DNA of 64,000 nt. Source: Octopus bimaculoides (taxonomy: Eukaryota). The notes beneath the pieces are model-generated. The model saw only the letters and a program-made list of their open reading frames with translations, was not told where the DNA came from and ran no database searches. This document shows positions 50,707-64,000 of this stretch, in pieces; positions within the stretch are counted from its first letter, which is position 1; every line of letters begins with the position of its first letter. The stretch lies in contig NC_068982.1 in assembly GCF_001194135.2 (NCBI RefSeq), positions 30,288,966 through 30,352,965 on the forward strand, read 5' to 3'. A program made the translations under genes and the position numbers.

Positions 50707-52636
50707 TTTGTGTGTGCGCATGCATGCGTATGTATGTATACACATACATTGTTGGTAGACTTCTTTCAGTTTTTGGATTATAAATCCACTCACCAGGTTT
50801 TGGTTGGACGAAGTTTACTGAAAATAACCACTGCTGTGCTGTGGGACTGAACTCAGAAGCGATTGTTTGGGAAGTGAATGGCTTTGCGTTATGTTGAAAC
50901 AGGCAATTATTACCACTCCAAGTAACATCAGTTGTAAACATATAACAAAAATAACTGAAAAGTTTGGTTAATTAGCAACATTATAAACATATCGTATAAT
51001 CACCAACAAAGTTGACTGTTTTTATGTAGTATGGTTTACAATGATGGATCACTTGAAATAATTTCTGTATTTCCTACATTTATTTAATTGGTACTGCTGT
51101 AATTATCATAGATATAAATAGAGGAGTCTAAAGAAAAATGAAAGTAAAGAAAATATGGTGAATTATTGTAATGTTAGAATGAAGATGGATAGGTCAGTAA
51201 AGCATTGAGAGGTCATGTCACAGCCTTAGTACCACAAGCGTGATTAGTATGTCACAAGAATGAATTGCAAAATGGATTGTTCAAGCTGTGCCATCTGGTT
51301 GGATACTTAGGGGTAGACCATGAATGAGTTGGTCAGGCTTGGGAATCCAGCTGGAAAAATCTAGTGACAGTTGCTTCTGATTGTACTCTATGGAGGAGAT
51401 GCCTCCATAGAGTACTATCACTGCCTGCTAAGTGCATTTCAGGAGAGCGTATAACTAGTGGTATTTACACACACATGACAGGCTTCTGCACTGCTTCCAT
51501 CTACAACATTCACCCGAAAAGGCAGAGGTTATAGTAGATAATTTAATGTCCATTTTCCATGCCAGCATAGGTTGGATGACTTGACATGAAGTAGAAAGGC
51601 TAGGGGGCCACACCAGGTTCCACAGTCTGTTTTGGCTTGGTTTCTACAATCATCCTGGGAGTAGTGGGCATAGAAGATGATGGACAGATGTAGTTCAGTA
51701 AAGACAAGTATGGAATGCAGACATTGAATGATGATGATGATGATGATAGTATAAAATAGTATAGTAGAATAAGATCTTGTGTATTCACTGTAGTAGAATA
51801 CACCTCACATTTGGCCATATTATCTACTATAACTGCTGCCTAACCAATGCCTTTTGGTTAACTGTCGTACATGAAAATTGTGCAGATGCCTGCCATGTGT
51901 ATGTATATACCACTTGTTATATGTTCTCCTGAAATGCACGTAGCAAGGCAGCGTCACGACTTTTCATTGTCCATGATGTGGCATGCAATAAATAATCCAT
52001 TCATTTATTTGGTATCCTATAACTTGTTATCTTGTGGTAGCATTGTTGTATATAGTGAATGGTAAACTGGTGGGTGCCCTATTGCTTTTTGTCTGATTCT
52101 AGAAACTCTGTTTACATGCAAAATATTTATTAATTGTAGAATTGTATTGAGACTTTGTTCATAATTAATAATAGACATGACTTGTTTACAAGCAAATAAT
52201 CACATGAACATTATTCAGTGTCTACATAATACAAGCTGTAATTTATGTCATTTGTTGTATTCTGAAAAATTGATAAACTTGCAGGAGATTGAGACAACAA
52301 AGAGGTTAGCACATGTTATTCAACCTGCTAAAAATAACTGTGAAATCTTCCTCAAATCATACACAACCATTTTTAACAAGAAAGGACACAATAAAAAAAA
52401 TGACATTCTAGAAACACTGTTTCTATCTGAAGGAAAAAGAATTTGATGTCCTTGTCTGTATTACCTTTGATTATAGGTCTCTTTGCTCTGCTCAAAGTGG
52501 CTAACCCTGGGTTAAACACAACACAATGCAAAGTAAAGACAATCAGGATACAGCAGTACACTGTTGTATAGTTCATAGTTTTACATTGTAAGGAAGAAAC
52601 AGAGGAAGTTACACATTTTAGACAGTATTTCTTTAA

Positions 52637-52849
52637 CCCTTTAGTATTTAAACCAACCATATCTGACCCAAATATTCTACCTGTTGAAACTAGCCAGATC
52701 TGACCTCTCACACTTCACCTTCAGTGCCATTCTAAAAATAAACAATTACATCATTTAAATCTCAAGACTATGAGATAATGTAGGATTAACTCAAAACAAT
52801 GTCAATAAGCAATCGTTGCATTTGACAGAATAATCTGAATGCTAAAGGG
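52637..52849 (+). mobile_element. piggyBac-type MITE (family 1), 213 bp
   Basis: TTAA (52633-52636) CCCTTTAG ... CTAAAGGG TTAA (52850-52853). Confidence 0.85.
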
Positions 52850-52894
52850 TTAATCAGAGAGTGAGATGGAGAATGGTGAGGGAGATGAGAAGAA

Positions 52895-52990
<96 letters not shown>

Positions 52991-53858
52991 GGGTGGCAGG
53001 TAGATTATGAAAAATTTAGATTCTCTCAGTAGCTTCATACATTCTAGACAACATAAAATTTTCATTTATGTAAGATATATGGAATGACACAGATATGAAG
53101 GTGTAGACAAGCATATTTGTTAAGTTGGTTAATAATTCTAATTTTGTTTGAAGCTCAGTAATGTTAAAGGTGGGAAAGGTCAGTTGCATCAACCCCATTA
53201 GTTGACTGGTACTTTATTGTATCAACCCCCAAATGTGTAAATGGCAAAGTTTAACTCACATGCTTTGAACTTAGAATGTACAGAGCTAGAAGAAATGTGT
53301 CTAAGTATTAGGTCTGAAGTGCTTATAATTCTGCCAGTGTATTGCCATATGTCAGTTAATAATCATGCTTTCGAATTTTGGCAAAAGGCCAGCAAGTTTG
53401 AGGAAGGTTAAGTCAATTACATCAACCCCAGTGCTCTGCTGGTACTTATTCTATAAACTCCGAAAGGATGAAAGGCAAAGTCAACCTTGGCAGAATTTGA
53501 ACTCGGAACATAAGGACAGACAAAATACTGCCAAGCATTTTGCACAGCTTGCTAACAATTCTGCCAGCTCACAGCCTTAGGTCAATTGATAATAAAGAAT
53601 GGAGTTAAATTGATAAAATTATCTGTTATACATCTGTCCTTTTATTAATACCACCTTAGGTTATTTCATTTGTTGTGTCAAGGACAAGATCGTTGTTGTT
53701 TAAACCCACCCACATGTCCCTTCTAATCAAGCAGCTTTATGATGCATGGCATTCCAATGACCAACTCCTTCTTGTTGGGGCATACAAAACTATATTATCC
53801 TCTGTGTCTTGTCCTTATTAACCCTGTCACACCATATTCCTACCGTAACAGGAATAGC

Positions 53859-54053
53859 TTAAACTTCGTCTCTGTTGGATTCTTGGTAAAGTGACAATGA
53901 AAAACTGTTGTGATGAAATCCTGACACCCCTGTGGGATAGCAAGTCATCTGTCCTAAACCGTATAAAGGTGCTTGCACACTGTCACTGAAGGACAGTGTG
54001 GTGTGCGCAAGCGCTTTGTGAAGACAGTCGTAGAAGTCACTGAGAAGAGCCAT
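53859..54053 (-). other. CpG-containing non-repetitive island with a 64-codon ORF (MALLSDFYDCLHKALAH...); possible first coding exon
   Basis: ATG in aacaATGG context, upstream ctaacag acceptor; no homology recognised. Confidence 0.2.
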
Positions 54054-55409
54054 TGTTTGTTACATGTTGTATCTGTTAGATATTTATATTGTTATATGTC
54101 CACATTATAAAGTGGCATCTACAGTGAGTTCAAAGGACATAACAGTGTCGATGAGACACAAGAAAAACACACATAGGAAAAGAAGATGGAGCTGGTTCTG
54201 TCTATTAGTTTGCCTTCAATTATCATTATTGAGTTTTCTAACAACAACCACCCTGTGGAGTGGTTGGTGTTAGGAAGGGCATCCAGCCATTAAAACCATA
54301 CCAAAACAGACAGCGAAGTATGGTGCAGTCTTCTGCCTAGCTATCTCCTGTCAAACTATCCAACCCATGCCAGCATGGGAAGTGGATGTTAAATGATGAT
54401 GATCTATATACGACTATTCATTTTTTTGCTTAGGAGTCCAGGTGGAGGGTAAAGTTAGACAGAAGAGCCCTGGCCGGAAAGGGTTAAAAGAGATTTTAGT
54501 TGCTATTTCTTGCAGCTCAAACAGCCACATTGAATTTCCTTCATTGATTCATATCCTAAAAGTAATCTTCTAACAAACAGTAATGGATATTTAGACAGAA
54601 ATTTTTTTCTAAAGAAATATTATTATTATTAAGACACACATTGCTAATTAAATTCATTAACTCCTTGATGTGCTAATCAGTAAACTGTCTAGAGTCACAA
54701 GAATGTATGCTTCATTATTTATTTTGCAATGTTACAAAACTACCCAGACATAAAGGTGGCTACATATTTTGTCTGCTTCACTACTATATAGTCTTGCTGC
54801 TTGATCTGTGCATGTAGCTCCTTGAGTGAGTGTCTTCTATCATTGCCCTAAGTTGACCAAAGCTCTAAGAATGAAATTTAGTGAACAGCAACTGTATAGA
54901 AACCCATTTGTGTATGTATGTCTGTGTTTGTGTATAGATATATAGTGTATCATTCATATATGTACACATATGGTTATGTGTGTGTATAGTGTATCATTCA
55001 TATATATTTAGAAAGTTTTTTATGTATGAAATTAAACAAAATACTAGAATTTATAAGCCAATTACAAGACAGAATTTGTGAAAACTAAACATAACACAAA
55101 TACCTTAAAAATACATAACTTGACAGCCAGAGACGTAACCATAACTCCTTTTGTAATAATTTACAAGTCAGATCAACAAATAATCATTGGGTGACAACGC
55201 ATAACCTCTTCATGTTCATATATAATAAAGAAAAAAATAGCCGGAACTTGTACAATTCATGTCAAAACAAAACCAACTCCCATAACATGTTTACAAACAA
55301 TAACACTTGTAGAAGTGATTGAAATATACTGTCAAACTGAAGAAAACTGTATTAAACTACTAAAAATATGCCATCATACCAAAGAAGATGGCATAACAAG
55401 AATGTTAGC

Positions 55410-55603
55410 CTTCATCAAGTGTCTTGGGGAAATTTCAAACCTGAGTTCTCATTCCTAAGGTTCGAAATTTCCCCAAGACACCTGATGAAGGGTGGAGGGT
55501 ATATCAACCAAAATGTTGTGTTAACAACAAACAAAATGAGGATAAATATCCATCAAATGTAAATAATGTAAATAATTCCTCCTCTCTTAAATATAGAACT
55601 GTT
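55410..55603 (+). mobile_element. hammerhead SINE copy 3: 5'-truncated with inverted 5' segment
   Basis: Inverted segment 55410-55460, forward segment from about 55458 ending atagaactgt. 11-bp TSD agaatgttagc at 55399-55409 and 55604-55614. Confidence 0.85.
55477..55522 (+). ncRNA. minimal type I hammerhead motif, degenerate (G12>A, stem II mismatch)
   Basis: gacac CTGATGA a GGgTG gagggtatat CAaCC aAAA tGTT gtgtt. Confidence 0.7.
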
Positions 55604-55619
55604 AGAATGTTAGCTCATA

Positions 55620-55910
55620 TTAGACATATCAATGACTGGAAACACCACCTTCCAAAAAATAAAAAAAAAGGATAGGGTACAAATGACTCACAAAACAAAG
55701 AACTTTTTTAAGAGAGCAGGAATTCCAAACAAAAATGACTGGAAACACAAATGATACAAATATTCTGGGAAACACTGAACCAACTGATCCAAAAGTAATG
55801 AATTTATCTCAATAAAACCTCATGAAAAACTTTTGAAATATGGTCTTAGATTCATACCAACTAACTCCAAAACTTGAAACAACTGATCTTAAGAAAGATA
55901 CTGAGGTATA
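55620..55910 (+). mobile_element. decayed Penelope-like ORF N-terminal remnant
   Basis: Shifted frames give VMNLSQ and KLLKYGLRFIPTNSK, resembling the VxNLS...LLxKGLxFxPT motif of Penelope-like ORFs as I recall it. Confidence 0.45.
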
Positions 55911-56861
55911 GTCTTCTGACTAAAACCTTTGGAGTCAATCTGGTACATGGAAACTGAAAGAAGCTTGTCATACACTTGTGTGGCCTAGTGGTTAGGACGT
56001 TCCACTCACAACGATTAGATCATTAGTTCAATTCCTGAACTGGCTGGTGCTTTGTGTTCTTGAGGAAAACACTTCTTCTCATGTTGGTCCAGTCCACTCA
56101 ACTGTAAATGGGTAATCTTGCGATGGAATAGCTGAATAGCCTTCTGGTCAAAGGAATGTGGGCCTGCTGACCTTGCCAATGAAGTGGCATTATTTGGAAA
56201 GCTAAAATGATGTAAAATGCATTGCAACCAACGATGTATAACAACATCTGATAGTCTGGTCAATCATATAATGTGTATATATATATATATATATATATAT
56301 CACAGTGATGTGTATGTGAGTGTGTGTGTGTGTGTGTGCTTCCCCACCATTGCTTGTCAAATGCTGTTGGTGTGCTTATGTCCCTGTAACTTAGCAGTTC
56401 AGCAAAAGAAGCCACTGAAATAAGTACCATATATGAAACAAAATACTAGAATTTAAAAATCTGCAGTTACAGGATTATAAGCCAATTACGAGACAGTGAA
56501 AACTAAAAATAAAACACATAAGTATCTTAAAAATACATACAAATATTTTATATGATATATAAAAATATATAGGTACTGGGGTTGATTTGTTCAACTAAAC
56601 CCTTGAAGGTGGTGCCCCTAGCATGGACACAATCTAGTGACTGAAACAAAAGATAAAAGACAAAAATATTGTATTTCCAAAAGAAATGTTATGAAGATCT
56701 ACCACTCCTAAAGAAATATGGATTTTGGATGGACAAGATAAAGCATTGATATGAAGAAGGGTACCTGGGGGTACAGTACCACCCCCCAGAAAACTTATCC
56801 ATCTCTTGACAGCATAGAGAAAGCAGACTGAAAAGTGTTAGCAGTGGATGTTTAGTACTGT

Positions 56862-57252
56862 ATACTCTTTTACTTGTTTCAGTCATTTGACTGCAGCCAT
56901 GCTGGAGCACCACCTTTAGTCGAGCAAATCGACCCCAGGACTTATACTTTGTAAGCCTAGTACTTATTCTATTGGTCTCTGTTGCTGAACCGCTAAGTGA
57001 CAGGGACATAAACACACCAGCATTGGTTGTCAAGCGATGTTGGGGGGACAAACACAGACACTCAAATATATATACATATACATATATACGACGAGCTTCT
57101 TTCAGTTTCCGTCTACCAAATCCACTCAAGGCTTTGATCGGCCTGAGGCTATAGTAGAAGACACTTGCCCAAGATGCTGCGCAGTGGGACTGAACCTGGA
57201 ACCCTGTGGTTGGTAAGCAAGCTACTTACCACACAGCCACTCCTGCGCCTAT
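56862..57252 (-). mobile_element. SINE family A copy, full length
   Basis: Complete head-to-tail match. Confidence 0.9.
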
Positions 57253-58149
57253 GAAAACTAAATCAAATATTGTGTGAATTATTCTGAAGGTTCTTGTTCA
57301 GCTTCATATCAGTTTTGAGCAAGCAGAAATATAATCGTATGTGTTCTAACCATTATCATCTCATTCATTCACTGATAGTATCCATAGGGCAAAATTATTC
57401 AGTGTGCATTCCTATAATTTCTTTTTATGAAATGATTATAAGTGGATTGAGTGAGATTTGGCTGCTATTTATAAAACGATTGAGTGACACTTGAAAACAC
57501 CATTTGCTCATATTCTGTACAACTGTCATCATGGTGTAATAGTTATTTAATTATAATTTAATGAACAAAGCTGTCTTTTGTTTTTTTCTGTATTTTTCAC
57601 TACCAATTTGATGTAACTGTCTTTCATATCAACACTGAAAGAAATATGTACAGCTTGACAACTTGTGTTTGATGTCAATGAATTAAGTTTTGCTTTCATT
57701 AGTAATTTCAACACTATGATATCATAGTGTGTGTGTGTGTGTTTGTACCTGTGTGCAAGTCCATGTTTGCCGAGAAATGGTGGTGTATGATTTAGAATTG
57801 AAGTTAATATATTAGTTTTATGTAATATCAATGAGTCTGACAATTAACATTTGATAAACTATTGACATTCATGTAAAATGTTTACAAAAATGCTAATCAG
57901 CAAACATTGTTCAGCCAGCTATGCATTATACATCAATTTGGAAGTGACATGGTGCCTTTATTCAATCACTTTCACTAGATGAAACACGTGTTGATCCTGT
58001 CCTGGAGTTTGATAATTATTTCTCTTTCTAATTTTCATATCATTCACTTGTCAAGGTATTTTTATCGCTTTAATTCCCCTTTATTGTTACATTATTCTGT
58101 CTGAACTGTCTTCAGCATTAGCTTTAGTTACAATGCATCACCTCTGTCT

Positions 58150-58370
58150 GTACCATTGCTTTATCCCAGCCTGCAACATCCACTTAAAACAATTCACCGT
58201 TGCCCTTCATCGCTGCTAGTCACTAACCCATCACTCTCACTTCCAGTATCCAAAAAGTAATGGTAGAAAATCATCAGAAACCATATTCATCCATCAACCA
58301 GAACCACCCCCTTTCTCTGCCTCTTCAGTGAATATCAGTATGGCTTCTATGGAGCCATATCCTTTGCGAC
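58150..58370 (+). mobile_element. CR1/L2/Jockey-type reverse transcriptase remnant
   Basis: Shifted frames give PITLTSSIQKVM and LFSEYQYGF, matching the PISLTS..K.ME and QYGF RT motifs. Confidence 0.55.
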
Positions 58371-58427
58371 CTATCCCCCCCCCTCCTCCTCTTATGCTAC
58401 TCACTGTGGATACCGCTCTCTGTCATG

Positions 58428-59337
58428 TCAAACTGCGTTGTCATGATGCAACTGCCACTCACCGAATGCATCCAATTGTGACCTTTTCCTATGAATAGCA
58501 TCCCACAAACGCTGCAAGACGTCACGGTAGTACTCCTTGTTTATTGTCTGACCAGGTGGAACATACTCATGATAAACAATGTTTTTATAGTCGGAAAAAA
58601 CAGTCAACAGTGTCTTCACATTGCTTCGACTAATTCATGCTTTCTTCGGTCTCGTAGAGTTTGGGGTCTCCACTGCGAAGAGGGAGCCTGTGTTTCAGGG
58701 TCATAGCTATAGACCCACGAGTCATCACCTGTTATGACCGTTTTCAGAAAAGTTTTCATCGTTCTCCACACAATCAAAGAGATCTTATGCAACTGAAACC
58801 CGAGTGTGTTTTTGGTCGGCTGAAAGCAGTTTTGGGACAAACTTGGCAGACCCACGTCTCATACCCCCAAGTCTTCAGTGATAATGGACTGAACTGAACC
58901 ATAACTAATCTGCACATCCTCTGATAACTCTCGGATGGTGATTCAATGATTTCCCTCCCACAGCTGTGTGCATATCTGCGATGTTTTACTCAGCTCTGTT
59001 GGTTGCGGGTCTCCCAAAACGTTTGTCACTATTGACATTTTTCAGCCTTCTTGGAAACATCTAAGCCACTCATACACTTGCATGTGGCTCATAAATTTGT
59101 CTCCATACATTTTCTGCAACTTTATGTAGGCCTTTGAGCAGTTATCGCCAAACTTTTGGCATAATTTCATGCTGCTTCTCTGCTCAACTCTCTCTGTCAT
59201 GGTCAATGCAATGACCATACGCTACACATGTTCCTTCTATGCACTGCTGTGAACAGCAGTGCCAAGCGGTTTCACTCTACATACTTTAGCTTCGTTACTA
59301 TGGCAACAGTTCAGATACTTATTGATCAGACCACATA
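58428..59337 (-). pseudogene. mariner transposase pseudogene, 3'-truncated, one TIR retained
   Basis: ATG at 59200 MTERVEQRSSMKLCQKFG...VYEWLRCFQEG*. Downstream ITGDDSWVYSYDPET, then KTLLTVFSDYKNIVYHEYVPPGQTINKEYY...WQLHHDNA. Stops and frameshifts. TIR-like end ...ttattgatcagaccaca-TA at about 59335. Confidence 0.92.
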
Positions 59338-59643
59338 CATGCACAAAAATTAATAACTTTTCATCAATTTTTGATTCCTCAATGTGTGTGTGTGTGTTTG
59401 CCTGTATGTGGGTGGATGTATGTATTAAACAGTTTTGTATAGGGTATCTCTCTCTCTGTCGCACTCTCTCTGTCGCACTCTCTCTCTCTGATTTGGATAT
59501 TTGCATTAATCTTTGCAGCTGCTATCGTTTGTTTGTTAATCAGGTTTTTCTTACTAATTATGCAACTATTAAGTGGGTGTAGCATTTGTTATTCTACTAA
59601 GATAACGAAAGAAAGTAATGAACATTGCTAAAGGATCTAATGC

Positions 59644-59685
<42 letters not shown>

Positions 59686-61656
59686 TATGTGTCTTGCCAA
59701 ATTGAAATCCGTGGCCTATCTAACATTTATCTACCATTCAGCTGTGTTGCTTTTATATTTGGATGCTAATATTTGTAGATACTCTGTTTCCATTTATATC
59801 TCAAACTTTTCTTTTTTTTTTTTTTCTTCCTTTGTGTGAATTACCGATGCCTCAAGTTGCTTAACAAACCAATTACTGAAGAAAATGTTTGGTATATTTA
59901 GTTGTATCGGAATCTCTGTTAGTCTTTGAATTCTACAACATAACAAGATAACTTAGTATGAACTAAAAATACAAAAAGCCTGATAGGATGGTTAAAATTG
60001 GTAACTATACTTAGTGTATGATTTACATGTGTGAGGCAGGAAACAAAAAAAAAAAAAAGAACAACAGCAAAAATAGCAACACCAATATTATGGAGGTGAA
60101 GAATTGTTGTTAAAACCATTTACAAGTTTTCTATTGATCATAATTATTGATTACACTTGCAAACTCAATACACTGTCTATTGGATAAGCCTTGATTTAAA
60201 AGATATTAAGCCGACATTCCACTGACATTTCGACTTGTCTTTTACATAGACCAATAAAAGTTCTGTGATATATTTGTTTTTATGTTTGAAAAAAATTTTT
60301 TGTTACATTTTTTGGCATAAGATATCAGCTTTATATATTCTTTAAATATAAGTCAAATTCTTAATTTTTGAATAGACATCATAGTCTGACCTTCTGAATG
60401 AGAGATTTCCATGTTGTTTTTGCTGGAAAACAATTAAGGTTATGTTTTGTATGACAGTGATGAAGCTTTACATTCAAGGAAACACAACATGTATATTTCT
60501 GTTAGTTTCTCTAATTGCTAAAGGCATTTTGATCCAATGACCTTCATAACTTGGTGATAAAGCGATTACTTACTAAAGACATAAAAAAATGGGCATACAC
60601 AAAACTTGAAGTGAGTTAATTTGCTATAGGGAGTAAAAACTCCATGTTTCAAACACTTGTCCTTAATTGAAAGAAAGAAATTTCAGAGCCCAAAACCAAA
60701 ATTGTTAAGAAGTAATTGAGGATGGAGTGGGAGTGAATTAAAGGGAAAGGAAGGAGAGAAATAAGTCTTGTGTGTTGTGGAAAGTGGTGAGTAGAGCAAC
60801 ATGGGAGAAAGCGAAGGTCAGAGACAGTGAATGAGTTTTACATACTATTTCATTAATACATGTTATACATACATACATGTATGTACACAGTCAGGTTGCT
60901 GCAGGAAAACTAACTTATAAATAATGTGGAATAATTTGCTAGTCCCTTGCAGGCCTTAAGAGCCATATGAGATGTCATTAACTATAAGGAAACGAGACAT
61001 AAAGTGTTTCTCACAATGAAATCTGTTTAAGAAGTTATTTGTCTTGGTTACGAGTTGACTTCTACCATTTATGTATGCATACATATGTATGTATTGATAA
61101 GTTATATGCTTGCGAAACATTGAACTTTGCCGTACCCACAAAGTATTGTAACTCTGTGCATACACGGGGCTCTCTCTCTCTGGTACATTCTGTTTACTTA
61201 CCTGTTTCTGTCCAGCAAATTTCATTTGCAAGCTTTCATCAACCTGAAGGTATAATCAGAGACATTCAACCAAAGTGCCATGCCATTAATCAGCAGCTGG
61301 GGGATCAAACCCAGACTCACATAGATGCAGAAAATAATACCTTAACCACACCGCCATGCATTCCTGCCTATAAGACATTATTTGCTGGGAGTAATTCACC
61401 CTTGTTTAAAAAAAGAGCAGAAAGGTATGAGTTTCATGAATACCCAGCTAACCCACCAAAATCACAGCTTTCATACCCATTAAACCATTACTATTCATGT
61501 TCATTTGTATCATTGCCCAAAACTCCCTCTCAGTTGTCTTTATTAATTCATTGTTTTACTCTAAACATTCCATTCCATTCAGCAAAAAAATAAAGAAATA
61601 AATATGTCTTTGTTCCTTACGGGTTTCACAAAAATCATCTCATTGTTTGCACCCCC

Positions 61657-61703
<47 letters not shown>

Positions 61704-62397
61704 ACACACAGCCACTTGCGTTATTTTCCTCTTTTATTTCCCAGAACTTCTGCATTTCTTCCCAGGACTTTTGCCATTTGTTTTCCTGCCTTTATATACT
61801 TTATATATATATATATATATATATATACATTTATTTATTTAAATATCCTCGTACTCAATTAATGTTAGTCTTTGTGCTACTGTTTTCCTATTTTATTTCC
61901 AAGATTTCAAAGGTCATTGATTTTTTTTTTCTTCTTCTTCTTTAAGTCTATTACTGCTTTTGGCTGAATTTACTTTTACTTTACTAACTTCAGTGCATTC
62001 CCTATAGTGTTGTATAACCATCTGGCATAAAATTACTTTGTTTGAAAGAACCAAAGTTATTTTTTCAGTTTCTTCCAAATTATTATTATTATTTTTGTCT
62101 CATTTTTAAAGTTGTATTTTTTTTTCTGTGCCTGATATAGTAAATATTAAGATGCATTATTATTATTATTGTTGTTTGTTGTTTTTATTATCATTATCAT
62201 CATCATCATCATTATTATTATTATTATTATTATTGATTTATATGTTTATCTTTTTCACATTTTATAGGATAGTAAACAAGTTAGGCAATTTTGATTCAGC
62301 CCTTGAAATTTTCTTGTAAAGCAGACAGTATTTCAATTTCACATTTGCTTTCCCCATGTCAGCATAGGAGTGAAGGTATATCATCATTACCACCACC

Positions 62398-62431
<34 letters not shown>

Positions 62432-63741
62432 TTGTTTATTGCCCACTTTTTTCATGCTCACATGGATCGGATGTAATTTGTTGAAACAGGTTTTCTACAT
62501 CTAGATGTCCTCCCTGTTGCCAGGCCTCATCTGTTTGCAAACAATAGGTATTATTTTTAAACATCTGTTTTATAAGCACAGGTGTGGCTGTGTGGTAAGA
62601 AACTTGCTTCTCAACCACATGGTTTTGGGTTCAGTCCCACTGTGTGGCTCTTTGGGCAAATATCTTCTCCTATAGCCTTGTGGGTGGATTTACTAGATAG
62701 AAACTGAAAGAAGCCCATTGTATATATGTATATGTAAATATTTATGTGGCTGTGTTTGTTCCACCACCATTGCCTGACAACTGATGTTGGTGTGTTTACA
62801 TCCCCATAGCTTAAATTGTGGAGGATGGGTAGCAATGCTGATTTTTATCTAACTTGGAACATTTTATCTACCCTGAAAAGTGAAGTTGATCTCAAATTTA
62901 AACGCAAAGTTAAATTTCCAATCATTTCTCTACTCAGAACTACACATTTCTAAAATTAAATCATATGTACAAATTATCTTACATTGAGGTTTGGTTTTAA
63001 ATAGTGTAAATTTATATCTATCAATAAAAAAATAACATCTTCAATATACTCTTCAGCAATTATATATTCTTAATGTAGGAAATAGATTTGCATATAAATT
63101 ATTGTTATTGAATTAATAAGTAAAATCATTAATTTAAAATACGTTAGTAAATTGAATGACAATTTAAATGAAGAAAAGATATTTATAACATTGTGTTGAC
63201 AGATTCTGTAATAGCAGCTTGCTGATTTCATAATAAGAAATGATTCTTAATGGATTAAGTTAAATAATACATATATATATTCTTAATGGATTAATATCGA
63301 TAATATAGTTCCTGTGTGTGTGTGAGGTGTGTTGGAGGACGTATGTATGAGACTTCCTTGTAATATACATGCAAAATAGTTTTTACATTACAATATTACA
63401 TATTATGGTAAAATTATTAGGAATGCTGGTTTTTGTAATGCATTAGATACCTACCTGTATGTATTTGCATGTGTGTATGTGTTTGTGTGTATACATGTGT
63501 GTGCATATACATTGCATACATATATATGTTTGTTTAATCCTATCTACTTCATACTTTGAAGGCCCACTGTAACACTTTATCACCACTAAAAGTGGTTGGT
63601 GTTACAAAAGACATCCATCTTTAAGAACCATGACAAAGCAGATACTAGATGAGAATGTTGTCCTTGAGTCCATTAGATCCTGTAATCATCTAACTTGTGC
63701 CAGCATGGAACATGGATGTTAAATGATGATGAGGGTATATA

Positions 63742-63816
<75 letters not shown>

Positions 63817-64000
63817 GATGTAAGCAATCAAGTTTGTTTTCGAAGCATTGAAATGTATTGTAGAACAAGTAGAAAAGTAAATCTTAATCAATGCGTGGAT
63901 ACTGAACAGTATATATATAAAGGATAAATTCCTTTTTCTTTTTTTTTTCTGCTTTTAAAAGAAAAAAAGGATTTTATCTTTTGTATATATACTGGTCAGT

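Noticed and set aside
61039-61593. 184-aa ORF
   Set aside because: Crosses a (TACA)n tract and a reversed SINE head; no domain or splice support.

Overview
AT-rich, microsatellite-dense animal genomic DNA from a gapped draft assembly (8 N-runs). From my recall of cephalopod repeat families it is most likely Octopus; this is an inference, not a database match. Most of the window is mobile-element debris: at least five tRNA-headed or LINE-tail SINE families, TTAA-flanked piggyBac-type MITEs, mariner MITEs, a truncated mariner transposase pseudogene (58.4-59.3 kb), and decayed RTE, CR1/L2-type, R4/Dong-like, Penelope-like and Helitron-like remnants. The one confident RNA gene is a full-length U6 snRNA copy (33596-33702, minus) whose U-tract is fused directly to the first base of a SINE. 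No long ORF is convincingly coding. A chain of seven short, phase-compatible minus-strand exons (28.3 to 9.06 kb) may encode the C-terminal part of an unrecognised protein, at moderate-to-low confidence. The most striking signal is a small tRNA-headed retroposon carrying a minimal type I hammerhead ribozyme. It occurs three times, each copy has an 11-bp target-site duplication, two copies show twin-priming-style 5' inversions, and each has a damaged ribozyme core.
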